Positions 23,759 to 37,744 of a stretch of DNA of 64,000 bases are shown here, in pieces. Source of the stretch: Adineta vaga (lineage: Eukaryota; Animalia; Rotifera); the NCBI GenBank assembly GCA_021613535.1, contig CP075492.1:3658001-3722000 (forward strand), written 5' to 3'. A program made the translations under genes and the position numbers. The notes under the pieces are model-generated. The model had not been told where the DNA came from. It made no database searches and saw nothing but the letters and a program-made list of their open reading frames with translations. Numbering within the stretch: the stretch's first letter is position 1; every line of letters starts with the position of its first letter.

Positions 23759-23979
23759 CTTTACGAATTTTTCTTCTTCTTCTTCTTCTTCCGTTCTTTT
23801 ACGTTGGAATAAATGACAACTATTGCCTATCGTCATTTTTTTCTACCATCGACTTTTTTTTTGTTCTTTTCTGTCTTACACGAGGACGATTTTTTTTTCG
23901 TCGTCATCTTCTAGAAAAACAGCATTCATAATAATTAAAAGCAGAAATATATCTTTATTGAGTTCTAATTCGAATAATA

Positions 23980-24660
23980 TCACGATGCATGGGTGGTAAG
24001 ATCTTTCGACAAATAGTAAGAACTTTTTTGAAAGAAGTCTAATGCTTTCACACAAGCACCGATTCGTTCATTGTACAACCATCCAATATTATTGTAAGAT
24101 GTTGCAATATCAGGATGATCATGTGGTAATGTAGCTAATCGAATACCGAAACATTTATAATATATTAAAGTCATATCGAATTTATTCATTTTACTATATT
24201 TAATTGCTAAATGAATGTAGCATTTCGACTTTCTAAAGATTGTATATTGCTGCCAACTGCTGATACGGCTCCAATATTTTCGATTTTAATTCTGATAGTA
24301 TGATCTTGAGTAATTCGAGCAATGAATTAGGAACGCGTTCAGTAAAAACATTTTTATGTAACATACATTGACCTGTGACAGATCGTGTATACGAGGAATT
24401 ATTTGACTAGCCAATAATTCAGAAGAAATAAGAATGACTTTTTCATGTGTAATCATTCTAATAGCTTGCTCACATTCGTCAAGATTATCGAATGATTGGT
24501 GATTTTTCTCAAATCTTTGTGTGTTTCTTCATCAAGCATTTCAATATTCGACATCGTTCAAGATGAAGTTGAAGAGTGATTTTCTTTCGTTTGTGATAGA
24601 ATCTCGCTTGGTTCAGCTTTTAATGAACGAGATGAACTGGATATGCTACTTACCATCATT
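23980..24660 (-). pseudogene. Internally deleted ART-TPR family relic
   Basis: Fragments FDNLDECEQAIRMITHEKVILISS...IHDLSQ and LPHDHPDIATSYNNIG with broken frames. Confidence 0.6.
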
Positions 24661-25454
24661 ATTAGAATCATATTGTTATTTTTCACTCGTAATGCTGTTT
24701 TTAAAAAAATGTTCTCTTTCTCTTGATTGAAGCCGTTTTTATTAGAAAAAAAATTGTTGACCTAGGACAGCGATGTGTTACATAGGGATAAACAGAAAAC
24801 GAATGCTTCTAACTCTCTTGTTTGCATATTATTTAATAGCATTTGTACAAAAATGAGCAGAAAAAGGGTGCTTTTATGAAGTTTATAATGTTGAATAATA
24901 CGAGTATAAAATAAAAAAACGTATCAAGTTCTATATCTCCAAAAACTTAGATCGAACTGTTAGTTTTTTATGCTAAATTGCAAAACATCAATTCTTTTTA
25001 AACACAGTCGCAGTGAATAACGTGATGTCTTTTGCTAAAACAACGAAAACAGAAAGCTTTTACTCTTTTTGATGTTTTATGATACTTCTCTCATGACAAT
25101 CAGTATAGCATCTTTGAATTCCGTACGAAACAACAAAGGTTAGAAAAGATTTTAATTAGCATATCACTGTCTACTTCTATACTCTCATAGTTTCATTTCA
25201 AACTCAATATTAAAATATAGAGCCAACGGCAATATCAATAACAACAGCAGAACCAAGCTAGTAGTAATAAGATTTCGTTCTTTGAATATCTAAAAGATAA
25301 AATATTTGCTGTAAAGTTTCGTAGATAAGGTCAGATTACTTTTTATGTTTTAATTTAGGTGAGAAAAGCAAAGATTTTGATTGTATTTAGATACGTTAAT
25401 TTTAGCATACATTTTTAATGAAACTAATTATCTGTTTTATTTATAGAATGAGTA

Positions 25455-25582
25455 ATTACTAAAAATATGAATGATTCACGACGTTTGCATATACAACATT
25501 TTTATTAGCAAATGGAAAAATATTAGTTGCTGGTGGATATAATGGTATTGTAATAGCACCATAATAGTGCTGAATTATATTG
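25455..25582 (+). pseudogene. Isolated Kelch/galactose-oxidase repeat fragment
   Basis: NMNDSRRLH...LLANGKILVAGGYNG...NSAELY with frame disruptions. Confidence 0.55.
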
Positions 25583-25824
25583 ATTACAATCAACAGAACA
25601 ATAACTTCTCTCTATAGACTATAAAGTATAAAATTGATATTCTCACTTTCACAATCGATATTAACATTATATATCTGAGTCACATCTTATTGACAATGAC
25701 ATACAACATTCTTAAAAGTAATCAACGAAGAAATGAAAGTGCGCACTTGATGATACTATGTTATACTCATACATAAGCTGCAATCATGCATAACTATAAT
25801 CATACATTCGTTTTCTGTCGCGAA

Positions 25825-26081
25825 ATGGATAAGCAAGCTATCGAAACTGCAGCAAATATGGTATAAAATCGAATCGTTTTATTCTTTTTTTTGAAGATTT
25901 CTATTTTTCGAATCTATAGGTACAAAAATCTGATTTTGGTTCATCGATTGGCGAACATTTTGATCAATCACACACCTCAACTGATGGTGTTGTGCCTGTT
26001 GATGATACGATCAAAACGATTCAAAAGGAAGCTGCAGAAGCATGTAAAGTCGATATCGAATCATCTGATCATAAACATTAA
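25825..26081 (+). CDS. Small hydrophilic 65-aa protein (2 exons), not in the ORF track
   Basis: ATG 25825, 59-bp GT-AG intron 25861-25919 and TAA 26079-26081 give MDKQAIETAANMVQKSDFGSSIGEHFDQSHTSTDGVVPVDDTIKTIQKEAAEACKVDIESSDHKH. Confidence 0.55.
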
Positions 26082-26160
26082 GTCTCTTCAAAAGAACTCA
26101 ATAATTTCATCGAAGAAGAAGAAGATTTATTTGATCAAAAAAATAAAACAAATGAAAAAT

Positions 26161-26832
26161 TTAATTTTTGATGAATTTGAATGTTTTGATAATATTTTCC
26201 AATTGCATTCTACTATTTCGATTGAAATAACTAAGTGTAAAGAGAAGCAATTGATTATTTTCTACAATTTTAACATATAATGTTTGTTTAATCAAAGGTA
26301 CTCCAGGAAGTCTTGTTTGAACATTTTGTGTTGAAAAAGTTTCTTCATTAATTTTCACCTCTTTACATTTGCCAATTAATTTTATATTTAAAGATAATGT
26401 TTGAAGAATGTCTTGAGTAATATTAAAATAATCACATGGTTGTTGAATATTTCGATAGACATTCAGATTTTCTGAAATGGCTAAAATATTTGGATTGAGT
26501 TGACCATTGAGTTGATTAATTGGATATTTTGAAAAACAAAATAATGGATTTATATTATCAATTGACCAATTTGATGCAAGATGATGAGCAAATTTTTCTT
26601 TGTGTGAATCAATTAATGAATTCGACATTCGAATAACACGCGATAATTCATCAATATCTGTTGCTGACCAATCTTTTGGTATGCTTAGAGTAAAACCATG
26701 TTGTTTATTTTCATAAATAGTTTCATCTTTGTTCACTTTTGATGATGATTTATTCAATCGATTAAATTTCTTCCCATTGATTTCTGCAAGAAATACCGCT
26801 GTTGTTAATAATAAAACCCAAATCAATTTCAT
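26161..26832 (-). CDS. Secreted protein, PsbP/DcrB-like fold candidate
   Basis: Signal peptide, YENKQHGFTLSIPKDW and C-terminal LENIIKTFKF pattern. Intronless. Confidence 0.6.
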   Translation of the reverse strand: MKLIWVLLLTTAVFLAEINGKKFNRLNKSSSKVNKDETIYENKQHGFTLSIPKDWSATDIDELSRVIRMSNSLIDSHKEKFAHHLASNWSIDNINPLFCFSKYPINQLNGQLNPNILAISENLNVYRNIQQPCDYFNITQDILQTLSLNIKLIGKCKEVKINEETFSTQNVQTRLPGVPLIKQTLYVKIVENNQLLLFTLSYFNRNSRMQLENIIKTFKFIKN

Positions 26833-27106
26833 CTTGTTTGATGTAATGAAGAAATGAAGTTTCATCTCGATTTATATTACGAAAAGATAACGTTTTTTTT
26901 TCATTAAAATCTTTCTCGATTTTCATTGCTTATCGAATTGATGAAAGAAGAGATTGAATAACTAAATAAAGGTAAATTGGTATTTATTTTCAAAAGTATA
27001 AATGTGAATTATAATTTGTTAAACAAAGAGAACGAGAAAATATTTCCATTTTCTAATTACTAAATGAATGGAAAGAAAATGCTTTCATTTGTTTCTTTTT
27101 CTTCAA

Positions 27107-28340
27107 ATGAATAAGATAAAACTGTTGTTTTTCTTTTTTATTATCAATGAATGTGTTTCGCAAGAAACACGATCAGTTATGTTGAGAAAAATTCTTCATT
27201 CACAATATCAATGTAATGATGTAAATTGTTCTCCAACAGTTATTTATCTCGTCGAAAATGTAATAAATTGTCAAATTATTTGTTTGAATGATCACCAATG
27301 TCGTGTAGCAACATTCGATCCAGAAATAAATGAATGTGAAATATTTTCAGAAATATCAATAGAACATGGACGAGTTATTGAGAAAACGGATTGTGTTACT
27401 ATGACAGCAATTGATGATGATCGACAAAGAGTATCAATTTGTAAGTTTGAAGTTTTCTAATGTTGTAGATCATGATTTGAAGAATTTTAAGTCTACTTTA
27501 TTCGATTCTGTTTTAATTATGGTAATGTAGAAATTTTCTTTTCTTTTCAGCTGTTACAACTGCGACAACATGGACGTCAAAGTATGGTTGTATTTTATAA
27601 GAGAAAAAAAAAGTTTTCTTTTTTCACAATGAAACTTAACCAAAAAGAAATTGTGAAATTTTTTTGTAGTACACATATTCCTATCTTATCAAGCAGTACG
27701 ACGTCAACAGTTAAAACTCAGACAATAACTAGTACTACTTTGACAACTACATCGTTAAATCCATGTAAGGAAAATCTTCTGACAAGAATCGATTGGAAAT
27801 AGTTCAAATAACATCCTTTGAATTTTAGGTGATCAGGGAAATTTACGTTGGAATACAAGAGGTATTACCATATTTGGACCATCATCTTCAATGACGGTTG
27901 AGGTTTTATATATTACCGTAATGAATACTGTATATCTAACTGATGAGAATAGTATTGAGATTAATGGAACTATCATCGTCGAGCTTATTGGATCATATGA
28001 ACAGAATAATCAGCAGTTTGATTATCCAAATAATGCTTATATTGATAAAGATGGAGATTTATATGTTGTTGATTGTACTAATAATTGTGTAACACATGAT
28101 TTAACAAATTCAGCTACAAATATGCACAGAATTCTTGTCGGTAGTGGAGATAGAGCTAATAATTCATTTATTACAAATGTTACTAGACATTCGGTGATGT
28201 GCTGGACTCCTGATGTTTTCTCGGAGATATTCGTTTCAAGAATGCCTAATTGTCCTGAAAGTATTAGAATCGATAACTAGATGAATATATATGTTGTTAA
28301 TAGTTATAATCATCGTGTTCAAATGTTTTCGAAACTTTAA
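27107..28340 (+). pseudogene. PAN/apple + Thr-rich + NHL-repeat protein, degenerate
   Basis: Signal peptide, CQIICLNDHQCRVATF, Thr-rich exons and NHL motifs (FDYPNNAYIDKDGDLYVVDCTN). In-frame TAG at 28278 inside the last NHL repeat. Confidence 0.65.
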
Positions 28341-28877
28341 CCCTGTTATTATTTTATATGTTGTTAAAAACGATCTTCATGCTTGTTCTATTACTTTTAC
28401 TCTCCTTTTTTCTCTTCGTTCAATCAATAAAAGATCTCGCAAGTGATAGCTAGCTCGTTTTCTCATTCAAATTTGTCGATGAATCAATATGAGAAAGAAT
28501 GACGATGTGGGTGAGGGTGGACATTCGGTTAAATATTCTCATCACCTTTGTTCGCGTATTTTTCTATTCATATTTAACATCCTGGTTTATTTTTGAACAC
28601 TATTTATCGACAACAGTAGTGATGGAATCGATACTGATATCAATCTACAACCTGCACAATCCATTACCTGATGCAATGAAATATTCTTTTCCAAAATATG
28701 TGCATTTATTTAACTTAATCAAGTCAAAATTCGAACTTTTCTCTAACTCATTCACCAACAATACAGAACACAGAAAAGTCATCTGATTAATACAACAAAG
28801 ATATCTTGAGATTTTTCATTAAACGTTTTACAAACGACAAACAAATGACGACAGAATCATTCAAAATTATAACCAAT

Positions 28878-29869
28878 TTACGCTCGAATTCTTTCAGGTA
28901 GAGTAGCAAGAGCCGTTGCTGCTACTCGATGTGGTTGAAATAATTTTCTAGCAATACTTTTCAATTGAGGAATCAAAAATATCAATGCAAAACTCAAGCC
29001 TGACATGGATATTCCAACTGATAACCATGAAACACGAACTGTCAAAGGATGATAATCATTAGTTATGGCAAATCGTAGAATAAAGAACATTGCCGGAATG
29101 CCAAGGAAAAGTAACAAAATAACTAAGATTAAAATTCGTTGAACAATAAGAACATCTCGATCTTGTCTTTGTTTAGTTATTAATGTTAAATTGTTTTTTT
29201 GATGTCGAAGAAATGTTGTTATTCGTATATAAATCGTCAATATACCTAATGATGGAAATAGATAAACAAAAAAGGCTGCCCACATAACTGCTCGTAGATT
29301 CGCAAATGAAACATAACAAAAATAATCGTCAATTAAATAGATAACTCCATTCCAAGATACAATAACACATTGGATACCAATTGTGCATATATATTCTATT
29401 ATAGAAAGAAGAACATAGAATTTCAAAGATCCAAAAAATCGATGTTGAGGATAAACAATTCGAACTAAACGATAGAATGCCTAAAAGTCATATTTATATA
29501 AAAGATATATTCTTTCATGTATTTTCTAATGACCTGATTTCCAAATGCCATATACATTGCAGAAATGTGAATTAAAGCAAGATATCCTGAAAATATACAC
29601 CATGATGAATCGAATGATTTTCCATTTAAATCACCTAACAATGTTCGAATATTCATTGATACTATAATTGTCGTCAAAATTAACACAGATAAATAGATAT
29701 GAATACAAAGATAAACAGTTATTTTATCTTCTTGTTTTATACGATTACACAAGCAATGATAAATAAGAATTAATAAAACAAATGATGATATGATAGTTCC
29801 AAATATTACTGTAACCAATGTGAACGAAGTGAGAATAAGTGCAATCTTTTTATTTTCATTATCCAACAT
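28878..29869 (-). CDS. Orphan 7TM GPCR-like protein (2 exons)
   Basis: Hydrophobic segments; NQ|AFYRLVR junction across an intron at ~29481-29533. Confidence 0.8.
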
Positions 29870-30873
29870 TGTTTTCAGTTGTTCAGAATGGAATGATGAA
29901 CTTCCTAAAAAGAAATTAATTAAGTTTTTCTAAAAAAAAGTTTTTTTACATAATCTTCTTAAGGCAAAGCATGAATTTTGCTAATCATCGTCAACGTTCT
30001 TAAGGCAATTCAAAGCATTCAATAGTTTGAATTATTACTTGCTGTCATTTTCGAAAGTGCCCTTTGCGGACAAAGACTTTTTCTATCTGTGCACGGTGTC
30101 AGAAATCACTCATCCAGATTGTTTTATGACTATAAGCCGAGAACTACTGATGAAGTTTTACCGTTGCATTAAACTGATCTTGACAGGTAGAAGACAACAA
30201 CAACATAATCTTGTTCTTAATGATTTTTATTGATAATTCCTGCAGAAATATCGAAATGAAAGTCTATTCATAATCTTCATTGTTGTAGAATTGTACTCAA
30301 TGATCTTTCATTTTGACAATTATAACATGCGTTCGAACAAAAACCATAGATAGAATAAAAGAGCGCATACTACTGCACACTGACACTCATTACTTTTCTT
30401 CAAGTCTATAAAATTCTATGTCGATGTCATCCATGTATATCAAAACAAAATTTTCTTATGAATATAGATTCATTTGCTATACTCTTTTTCATATCAAACA
30501 TACTTTTTGCTAAGATACAAAGCGTGTACTCTATATAATGATGAAGAAATATTTCTCGGTACATGTTTCGTATTTATAAATGAATTTTCTTATTTAATGA
30601 AAAATTTATGTAAGAAGAAAAGGATATTATTCCAAGTCGCATGATGTGCTTATTCTAAATCTCATCATAGAAGAAAAGCAATTACGAAGACTTTTTACTT
30701 CAATTTTTATTTTTGTTAAAAATATTCAAATGAGAACACAAACTTAAGTAAACTAGAAGTACTTTAATTTACCTAAGTCAAATTTGAGAAGCTTGTAAAA
30801 AACCTGATGGAAATTACGTTTAAGTTTATTTTAGAAAACTAAATGAAATCATAAAAAATATCAATTAAAGTTA

Positions 30874-32990
30874 TCAAATAGTATTGGTTGTCGCTTCATT
30901 CGTCACTATTTTTCTCAATTCAAATTCTATGATTAAAGATGATAAAGAAGAAGAAAATAATTCTTTAATATCATCAATTGACGTATCGAAGTCAATTTGA
31001 GTTTTGTCTTCATCTAAGGCAACCACTTCAAATGTTTCCATTTCATCAGATGCAATCGACAATTGTTCAAATAATTTACTGATCAATGACGAAATTAATT
31101 GGTCAGATTGACATGACAATACGATTGTATGATCGGAATATGTGATTTAACAGGTCAGATATGATGAAGAAATCAATTGAAATTCGAAATTAGTTTGTTT
31201 TTCATCAATTTTCATCAAAGTTAGATCTTTGTCTACATCTGAATCATCAGATAATAATAATTGAGCAGTATCTTCGAGCACACTAAATAGACGACATGAG
31301 ATAGAATAGAGATGTTCTATTGTGATTGAATGAACACAATTGAATTGAATAGATTTTTGCTGTTGATTATTGACTATCGTTACGGTAACAGTAAGACGTA
31401 TCGGTGTTTCCGATTGAAAATGAGTTAATGAAGTTGTTGTCGAAGACATTCATTTTCCAACAATGTGATAATTTTCATAGATTTGAAAACTTTGAAGATT
31501 TTGGTTTTTGTCTTCGTATGATAAAACTACAGAAATGATTAGCTGTTGATTGATAACATCGATTATTGTGTCTGATTGAGTTGAATCAACCACTGAATTG
31601 ATGGATTTACTTTTATCAAGAATTATGTTTTGCTTTTGTAATAAGAAAGCATAATCATCAACAGAAGATCTTTTTAACCGAAGTTCAATTTGTTGCCATG
31701 TTGTTGTTGAATCAAAGAAGATTGTTTGTTGAAAATTTTTGTCATTCCTAAGATTTATTTCACATTCCATATCATCGAATGATGTTTTTTCTTTCACAAT
31801 GATCACAATCGGTTTTTCTTTGTTTCCATACAAATCATCCACGGTAACATCTTCGATACTTACTCCATAATCATCATAGAAATAGAGATATGTATCGACT
31901 GTCATATCTATTGGTTGATTAATATTGATAAAATGTTTTATAATCGTAGCTATTCGATTTGTAGAAATTGTGAAATATTCTTTTGTTGATTGACGAAATT
32001 GAAATTGAATAGTAATCAAATCTTTTCTTTCCACAATACGGTAATCAAGACATGTTATCTGTGTTGAATCGGAATCAACAGATATTTCATTTTTATCTAT
32101 TAATACATATTGCTCACGATTATAACGATGATCGTCGAAGATTTTTCTCAACCGCTCTTTAACTTTCTCTACTTTCGTTAAAAATCCTGTTCCACCATCA
32201 GGATAATTAATTGTAAACTTGTATGCTTTAGTTGGGAGCAATATCTCTGTTCTTTCTTCCATTTGATATTGATTTAATTCTTGAAAAAATGTTAGCGATG
32301 AAGATGGAATTTGTTTTATCTGTAGTTTAAACAATGAACGAACATGTATACGAAAGAAATCAAATTGATTTATGATAGGAGGTGAAGACGGAACACTTTG
32401 ATCACTGGTGTCATCAATTTCAACGTTATATAATCGATCATGGAGATGAGAATACGGTAGTGAATGTGTTTCTTCTTGAAGATTTGTGTATTCTTGCCAT
32501 AAAATAATCGTTTTCTCTTTCAAATTAACTTTCTGTTCTTGAAGAGTTGATCGTAGTCGAACTAAATGAATATTTAAAGGAACATAATTTTCACAACGAA
32601 TTTCCGATGGTATCCATTGTAAAATAGAACTTTCTATTGTACAATGAAGACAAGTCTCTACAAAAGACTTCGAAGATTGTTGAAGAAAGATATCCTTGGA
32701 ATTCTTTAAGTCATTAAGAAGTTGTGTTATCATATCAATCATTGTTTGAATTTTATCGAAATCATTATTATTTTCTTCTTGTACAATATATTGATTGAAT
32801 TGTTCGATAATTAAAGTATTTAATTGTGGATCAATCGGAATTCGAAGTAGATGTGGTATATCGATGAATATAACACAATGAAAAATCTTTGATTTGATAT
32901 TGTTGAATTCATTCATGAATAGCATTATCTTTGTCAGTAGATCGAACAAAATCGATCAAACTTGTCGATGGATCAATCTCATCGAAATGT
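30874..32990 (-). pseudogene. 3' portion of a large uncharacterised protein, frameshifted (possible ubiquitin-like repeats at the C-terminus)
   Basis: Three consecutive same-strand ORFs joined by frame breaks near 31480 and 31150. Confidence 0.5.
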
Positions 32991-33204
32991 GTTTTTGTTT
33001 TGTCACATTATGGAGTTATATAGGCGATGTTACTAAACTACACTTGTACCTCTCTTTTCTTTCCTCGCTGATATTGTCTATCATACTGACGCAGACAGAA
33101 TTGAAATAAGTGGAAAGACATATTGTTATATGTCGTGCATGGACGAGCAGTGTTTATTTCTTTACATATAGTCTATGCTTCTTCTATATGGAATGTTCAT
33201 ATCT

Positions 33205-36200
33205 ATGACTGCCACCAAACTAGAAGATTTGCCAAATGAACTTTGGCTGGAGTTTTCCACTTATTTTACTTGGTTCCAGTTGAGCACAACATGGGTTAAG
33301 TGGCAATTCAATAGTCGTATTCAGATGTTAGCTCTTCTGGCACAATCTCGTGTTGCTTTTGAAATAACACCAATGTTATTAAGAACGTGGGATCAATGTT
33401 TGTACTATTTCGAACATCAACATTCGACGATATCATACCGTATAACTTCTCTTGTACTCGATGAACCGATTCTATCACGTGAAATAATTCGACGATGGAT
33501 GGAAAACGGTTTTTCATTTTTTCCACGTATTCGTCGATGTAGTCTTTGCCGAACTCATTGGCAACCATACTTTATCTAATCTGATTCGATTAATTCATCA
33601 AAGTGAATCGACTTTGAATCGTCTTGTGATTTATTTCGATCGACCAGAAATGTATAAACACATATTAAAGCAAATTATCTCACATGGTGTCTCTCGACAC
33701 ATAATGGAATTGATCATTGTCGAAGGCAATAGAATAAGTGTTAGTTTTTTCGGGAACACAAATTAGTGTCGAGTTTTTGTTTCATTGACAGAATTTAGAC
33801 TATTCGAAATGTAGAAGACGTCTGAAAATTTAGTTAATTCTATCTAATCACTTTTTGAGAAGTATTTACTCTTTGACGACCCTAAAACAAGTTTCATATG
33901 TTTCCCGATAGAAGAACTTTATCCAGACATTGATGTAGTTCTCGCATAAAAATTAATTAAAGAAGTGAGCCTTAATATTCGTCTTCGGAGAAAATTGAAA
34001 CTATTATATACTTCTCGTTTTGGGACGATACTATTGTACCATTCTAACAGTCATTTTAAATCGATCTATTGATGAAATTAATTGGTCTAATATTTCTTCT
34101 CTTGAAACAACCTCGCAATGGAAAATTCAAATTTGAAAATAATTATTAGGTCTCATACGTCTAGAATAGTCTGGTGTCTAATCACAGAAGTCACATTAGA
34201 TCAAAATATTTGAATGAACTGAGACTTAAAAAAAATCAAGAGCTACTGCGATCCCTGCTAATGTTACTACAAACCTTATCTCAGAGTTTAATACAACCTA
34301 GGGAGATTTTCTCCTTAATTCAACTTCAACAGTAAAAAGTTATAACGGAGAAGTTTCGTTCGAATAAAAGGTGAAACTACTAGCACGATATTAAAAAACT
34401 ACTGTAAATATCAGTCTTGTTTTTTGAACTCAAAAATGGAATAGATGATCGATGTTTCAGATGAAACGTCTGACTGCTACATCTGTAAAGAAATTTCGTT
34501 AAATATCAACCAAATTTACCAAAACATCTTGATCGGAAGTCGATTTTAACTATCACATTTGTTTGAATTCAGTACGGTTACCAAAGAAGTTGTCACTTTG
34601 AAAATTGTTAACAAATTTGACCTTTGGATGTGATGAAACAGGATTAGTTTTGAAAAAGAGTGGCTGTAAAATTGGAGTGGAGTGCTACATAATTCTGATT
34701 GATCTATTTTTTGTTCTAGATGTTCGACACTTCCGTGAAGATCATACATCTTTTGATACATTGTTCGACATTCCTTCTCAATTGGTCGCTTTTCCTCACA
34801 CTGTGTCTTTTCGTCTTTCATTGCAACGAATAACTGATTTAATAATTCTGATACAGCACGATACTTTACCACGCGTCAAACATCTTCATGTTACAGTCGA
34901 AAAGTCATTACGCATTTGGAATAAGAGGACTCGTCAACTTGAGGAACCACCTAGTTTTGAACTATGTTCAAACCATTTTCATTCAAGTCGATTCGATTTA
35001 TCAAATTTACGCACCTTTCATTTGCAACAAGTGTCTATGAGTGATATTATTGTCTTAATTCAACATCTTGCATCAATGACGCGATTAGAGTCACTGATCG
35101 TGGTTAATGCAAATGTCAAAGGTATGTGAGACATTTAAACAGCTACGGTGATAGTGTAGATCGTTTTTCATTAGTTGAGAACGTCTATTTGATCTTTTTT
35201 TGTTTATTGTGTAGATCGAGATGAATTAGTTACGTTCAAAACCAGCATTAGAACTTATTTGTATCGTCTACATAAACTTGGCTTTGTTCTTAATCTGCCT
35301 GGTGAGACAACACTCGAGAAAGATGATCTCTATTAGTTCAATTTGGACCATTATGGTGTACAATACGAGGTTGATACGAATGAGACAGATTCAATAATAC
35401 TCCTTTACACACTTCCATACTTGCTCAACAGGCAACGACAGATGCACAACAATTTTTCTACACGATCTTCACAAATTGAACGTACGATCAATTACATTGA
35501 ATGGATAGTCGATGATGATCCATTATCAATCGAAAGCAGTCTTGTCTATTTGCAAAATGTTCACTCGCTTAAATGGTTTTATGATATCCAAGTAAATTCG
35601 ATACATATCAGAGTTGAAATTTTCAAGATTTCATTTATTTAGAAAATAATTCTAAGTCCGCGTTTATAGTGCCTAGTACTACCTTTCCTACGATACGTTG
35701 AGCTCAATTTCGAACAGAATCCATACACATATGATACATTATGTTATCGAACTCATTCTACACCGATCTCTCATCGTTCTATTCTTCTCAAACAAATTCG
35801 AATCAATGCGCTGTTTCTTGAATGTCTAACCATTTCATGGAATGATATTTTGCTTCTAGAATCTGATTTACCTTGGTCCTCTTTAGATCAATTGAATATC
35901 CTTCTAACTGTTACGAAACAGGATATTCCAAGTGATTCTCTTATAGGATGTGTGATAACAAGCAGTACTTTTCCACAATTACGATATCTTTCATTCGGTT
36001 GACGTCGATTCAAACTCACACCTCCAGAAGTGATGGCCCAACGAATTTTGTCTTGGTTTGATACTCTCATGTTATCATTGTCGACACTTTCCATCTTCTA
36101 TGTCAATAGACGCTGTTCTTATCATCGATCTAATCCACAATCATCTATTGACACACTCATGACACTTATCAAGCAACATGTTCGTTTGAATGATTCATCG

Positions 36201-36248
36201 ACGCATGTAACTATTGATTCGAATGAAGAGATTATTATTTGGCTTTAA
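33205..36248 (+). pseudogene. F-box / LRR-like gene with internal stops and frameshifts
   Basis: TKLEDLPNELWLEF F-box start and LxxLxL segments. Stops or frame breaks near 33540, 35336, 35690 and 36000. Confidence 0.65.
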
Positions 36249-36838
36249 GACAAGGCTATAAGAAATAAATTCTTATATAGACTGAATGGGTTTTATTTAT
36301 AACTATTACAGATAATGAGTATGTATGAAAATAAACTAGTAAATTATGAATATATATGTTCATAGAAAGTTGTTTATAGTCAGATGAGATCAATGGAGAA
36401 AATCGTATATGTGCCAGAAACGAGGTTTTGAACTAAAAAGTCTCCATTGAGAAAAATTATAAAAGGTGGAATATCGTTCTTGTCATATTCAAATTGAATC
36501 TATAATCATTATCAGTATCAATCTTCAAAATTTTCACTTATTACGTTTCATATAATATTGGAATCCGTTATCTTGTCGATTGTCTGTATAAGCAGACTAC
36601 TAAATCGAGATTTTTTTGTCTCATTTTGGCAATATCTAATTGGAATAAATGACAAATGTTCATGTATGAGAGAAAACGACTTTCATCTTTGTTTAAATGA
36701 AATAACCAAGTCGCAGCAATGGATATCTATTTTTGGATTGATATTTTCTTGACTTGTCATTTATTTATTGATGAGAATTCAATCACACTCAGCTCTATTT
36801 TTCGAGAGATCATGCAATAAAACACTGAACTTCATTAT

Positions 36839-37744
36839 ATGTCAATAAGAACTATAATTTGTCATGTTGAATATGACGAAAGTGAACAAAAAATCGAAAA
36901 ATATTTTAAAGTGACATCTTCAGAAATTAAGACGTTTGTTATTGATATGGATTGTAAGTTTTGATTCTAGTCAAATTTGACCAGTCACTGATTTAAATTT
37001 ATTTCATTAGACTCTTCACTGGATTACGTTATTTTTATAATTACTTATATCTATTTCTTCAGTCGACAGATAACAGAAAATAAACATATTTTAAAAAAAT
37101 TATATTTATATTGTACATCATATACTGACGATGAGTTTATTGTATTATTGTTTTTAGATTAACATTTGTAATGTTGAACCAGGAGAAGCATTAAGCGACA
37201 AAGATCGATTAGCAACAAAAGGTGTTTTTACTTGTGTGGCTATTCTGGTTTTCTTACAAGATTATGCATTATTTATGGTTCATGTTGATTCTCAAATTTT
37301 CGATGCCAATGGAAAAGAACCACTGAAAGTTTACGAATGTTTATTGAAAAAATCAAATATCATAATTTATGTATTAATTTTATAGAAGATTCTATCAATA
37401 TTGCTAATATTACTCAATCAACTTGGATCACTGATGTTACAATAGTGTGTGATAAAACATTAACACCATCTGTCATTGCAATTTGTCAATATTTTGGAAA
37501 AGAGAGCGAAATGAATGCTGATAGAACATTTACTCCAACAATCATTTATTTAATCGATTCGCTAGATTATCAACAACAAGAACCACATTCATTCATTTGT
37601 TCGAATCATCGTGATCCATCACAATTTACTATCGATATTATTAACAACATTAAAATTGAAGAGAAAAAGCTATCGAACAAGGAAATTTTTGAAAAACTTA
37701 TGAACACTGTCGTTAACATTTTGCTTCCACAAATTGAAGATTAA
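36839..37744 (+). CDS. Multi-exon protein with CheD/NTAN1/CNF1-like Cys-His motif (putative deamidase)
   Basis: ATG 36839. Exon ~37159-37328 reads INICNVEPGEA...LATKGVFTCVAILVFLQDYALFMVHVDS. Confidence 0.5.

Noticed and set aside
25891-26280. 129-aa Lys/Ile-rich plus-strand ORF
   Set aside because: Non-ATG start and overlap with the convergent gene. A different spliced frame explains the region better.
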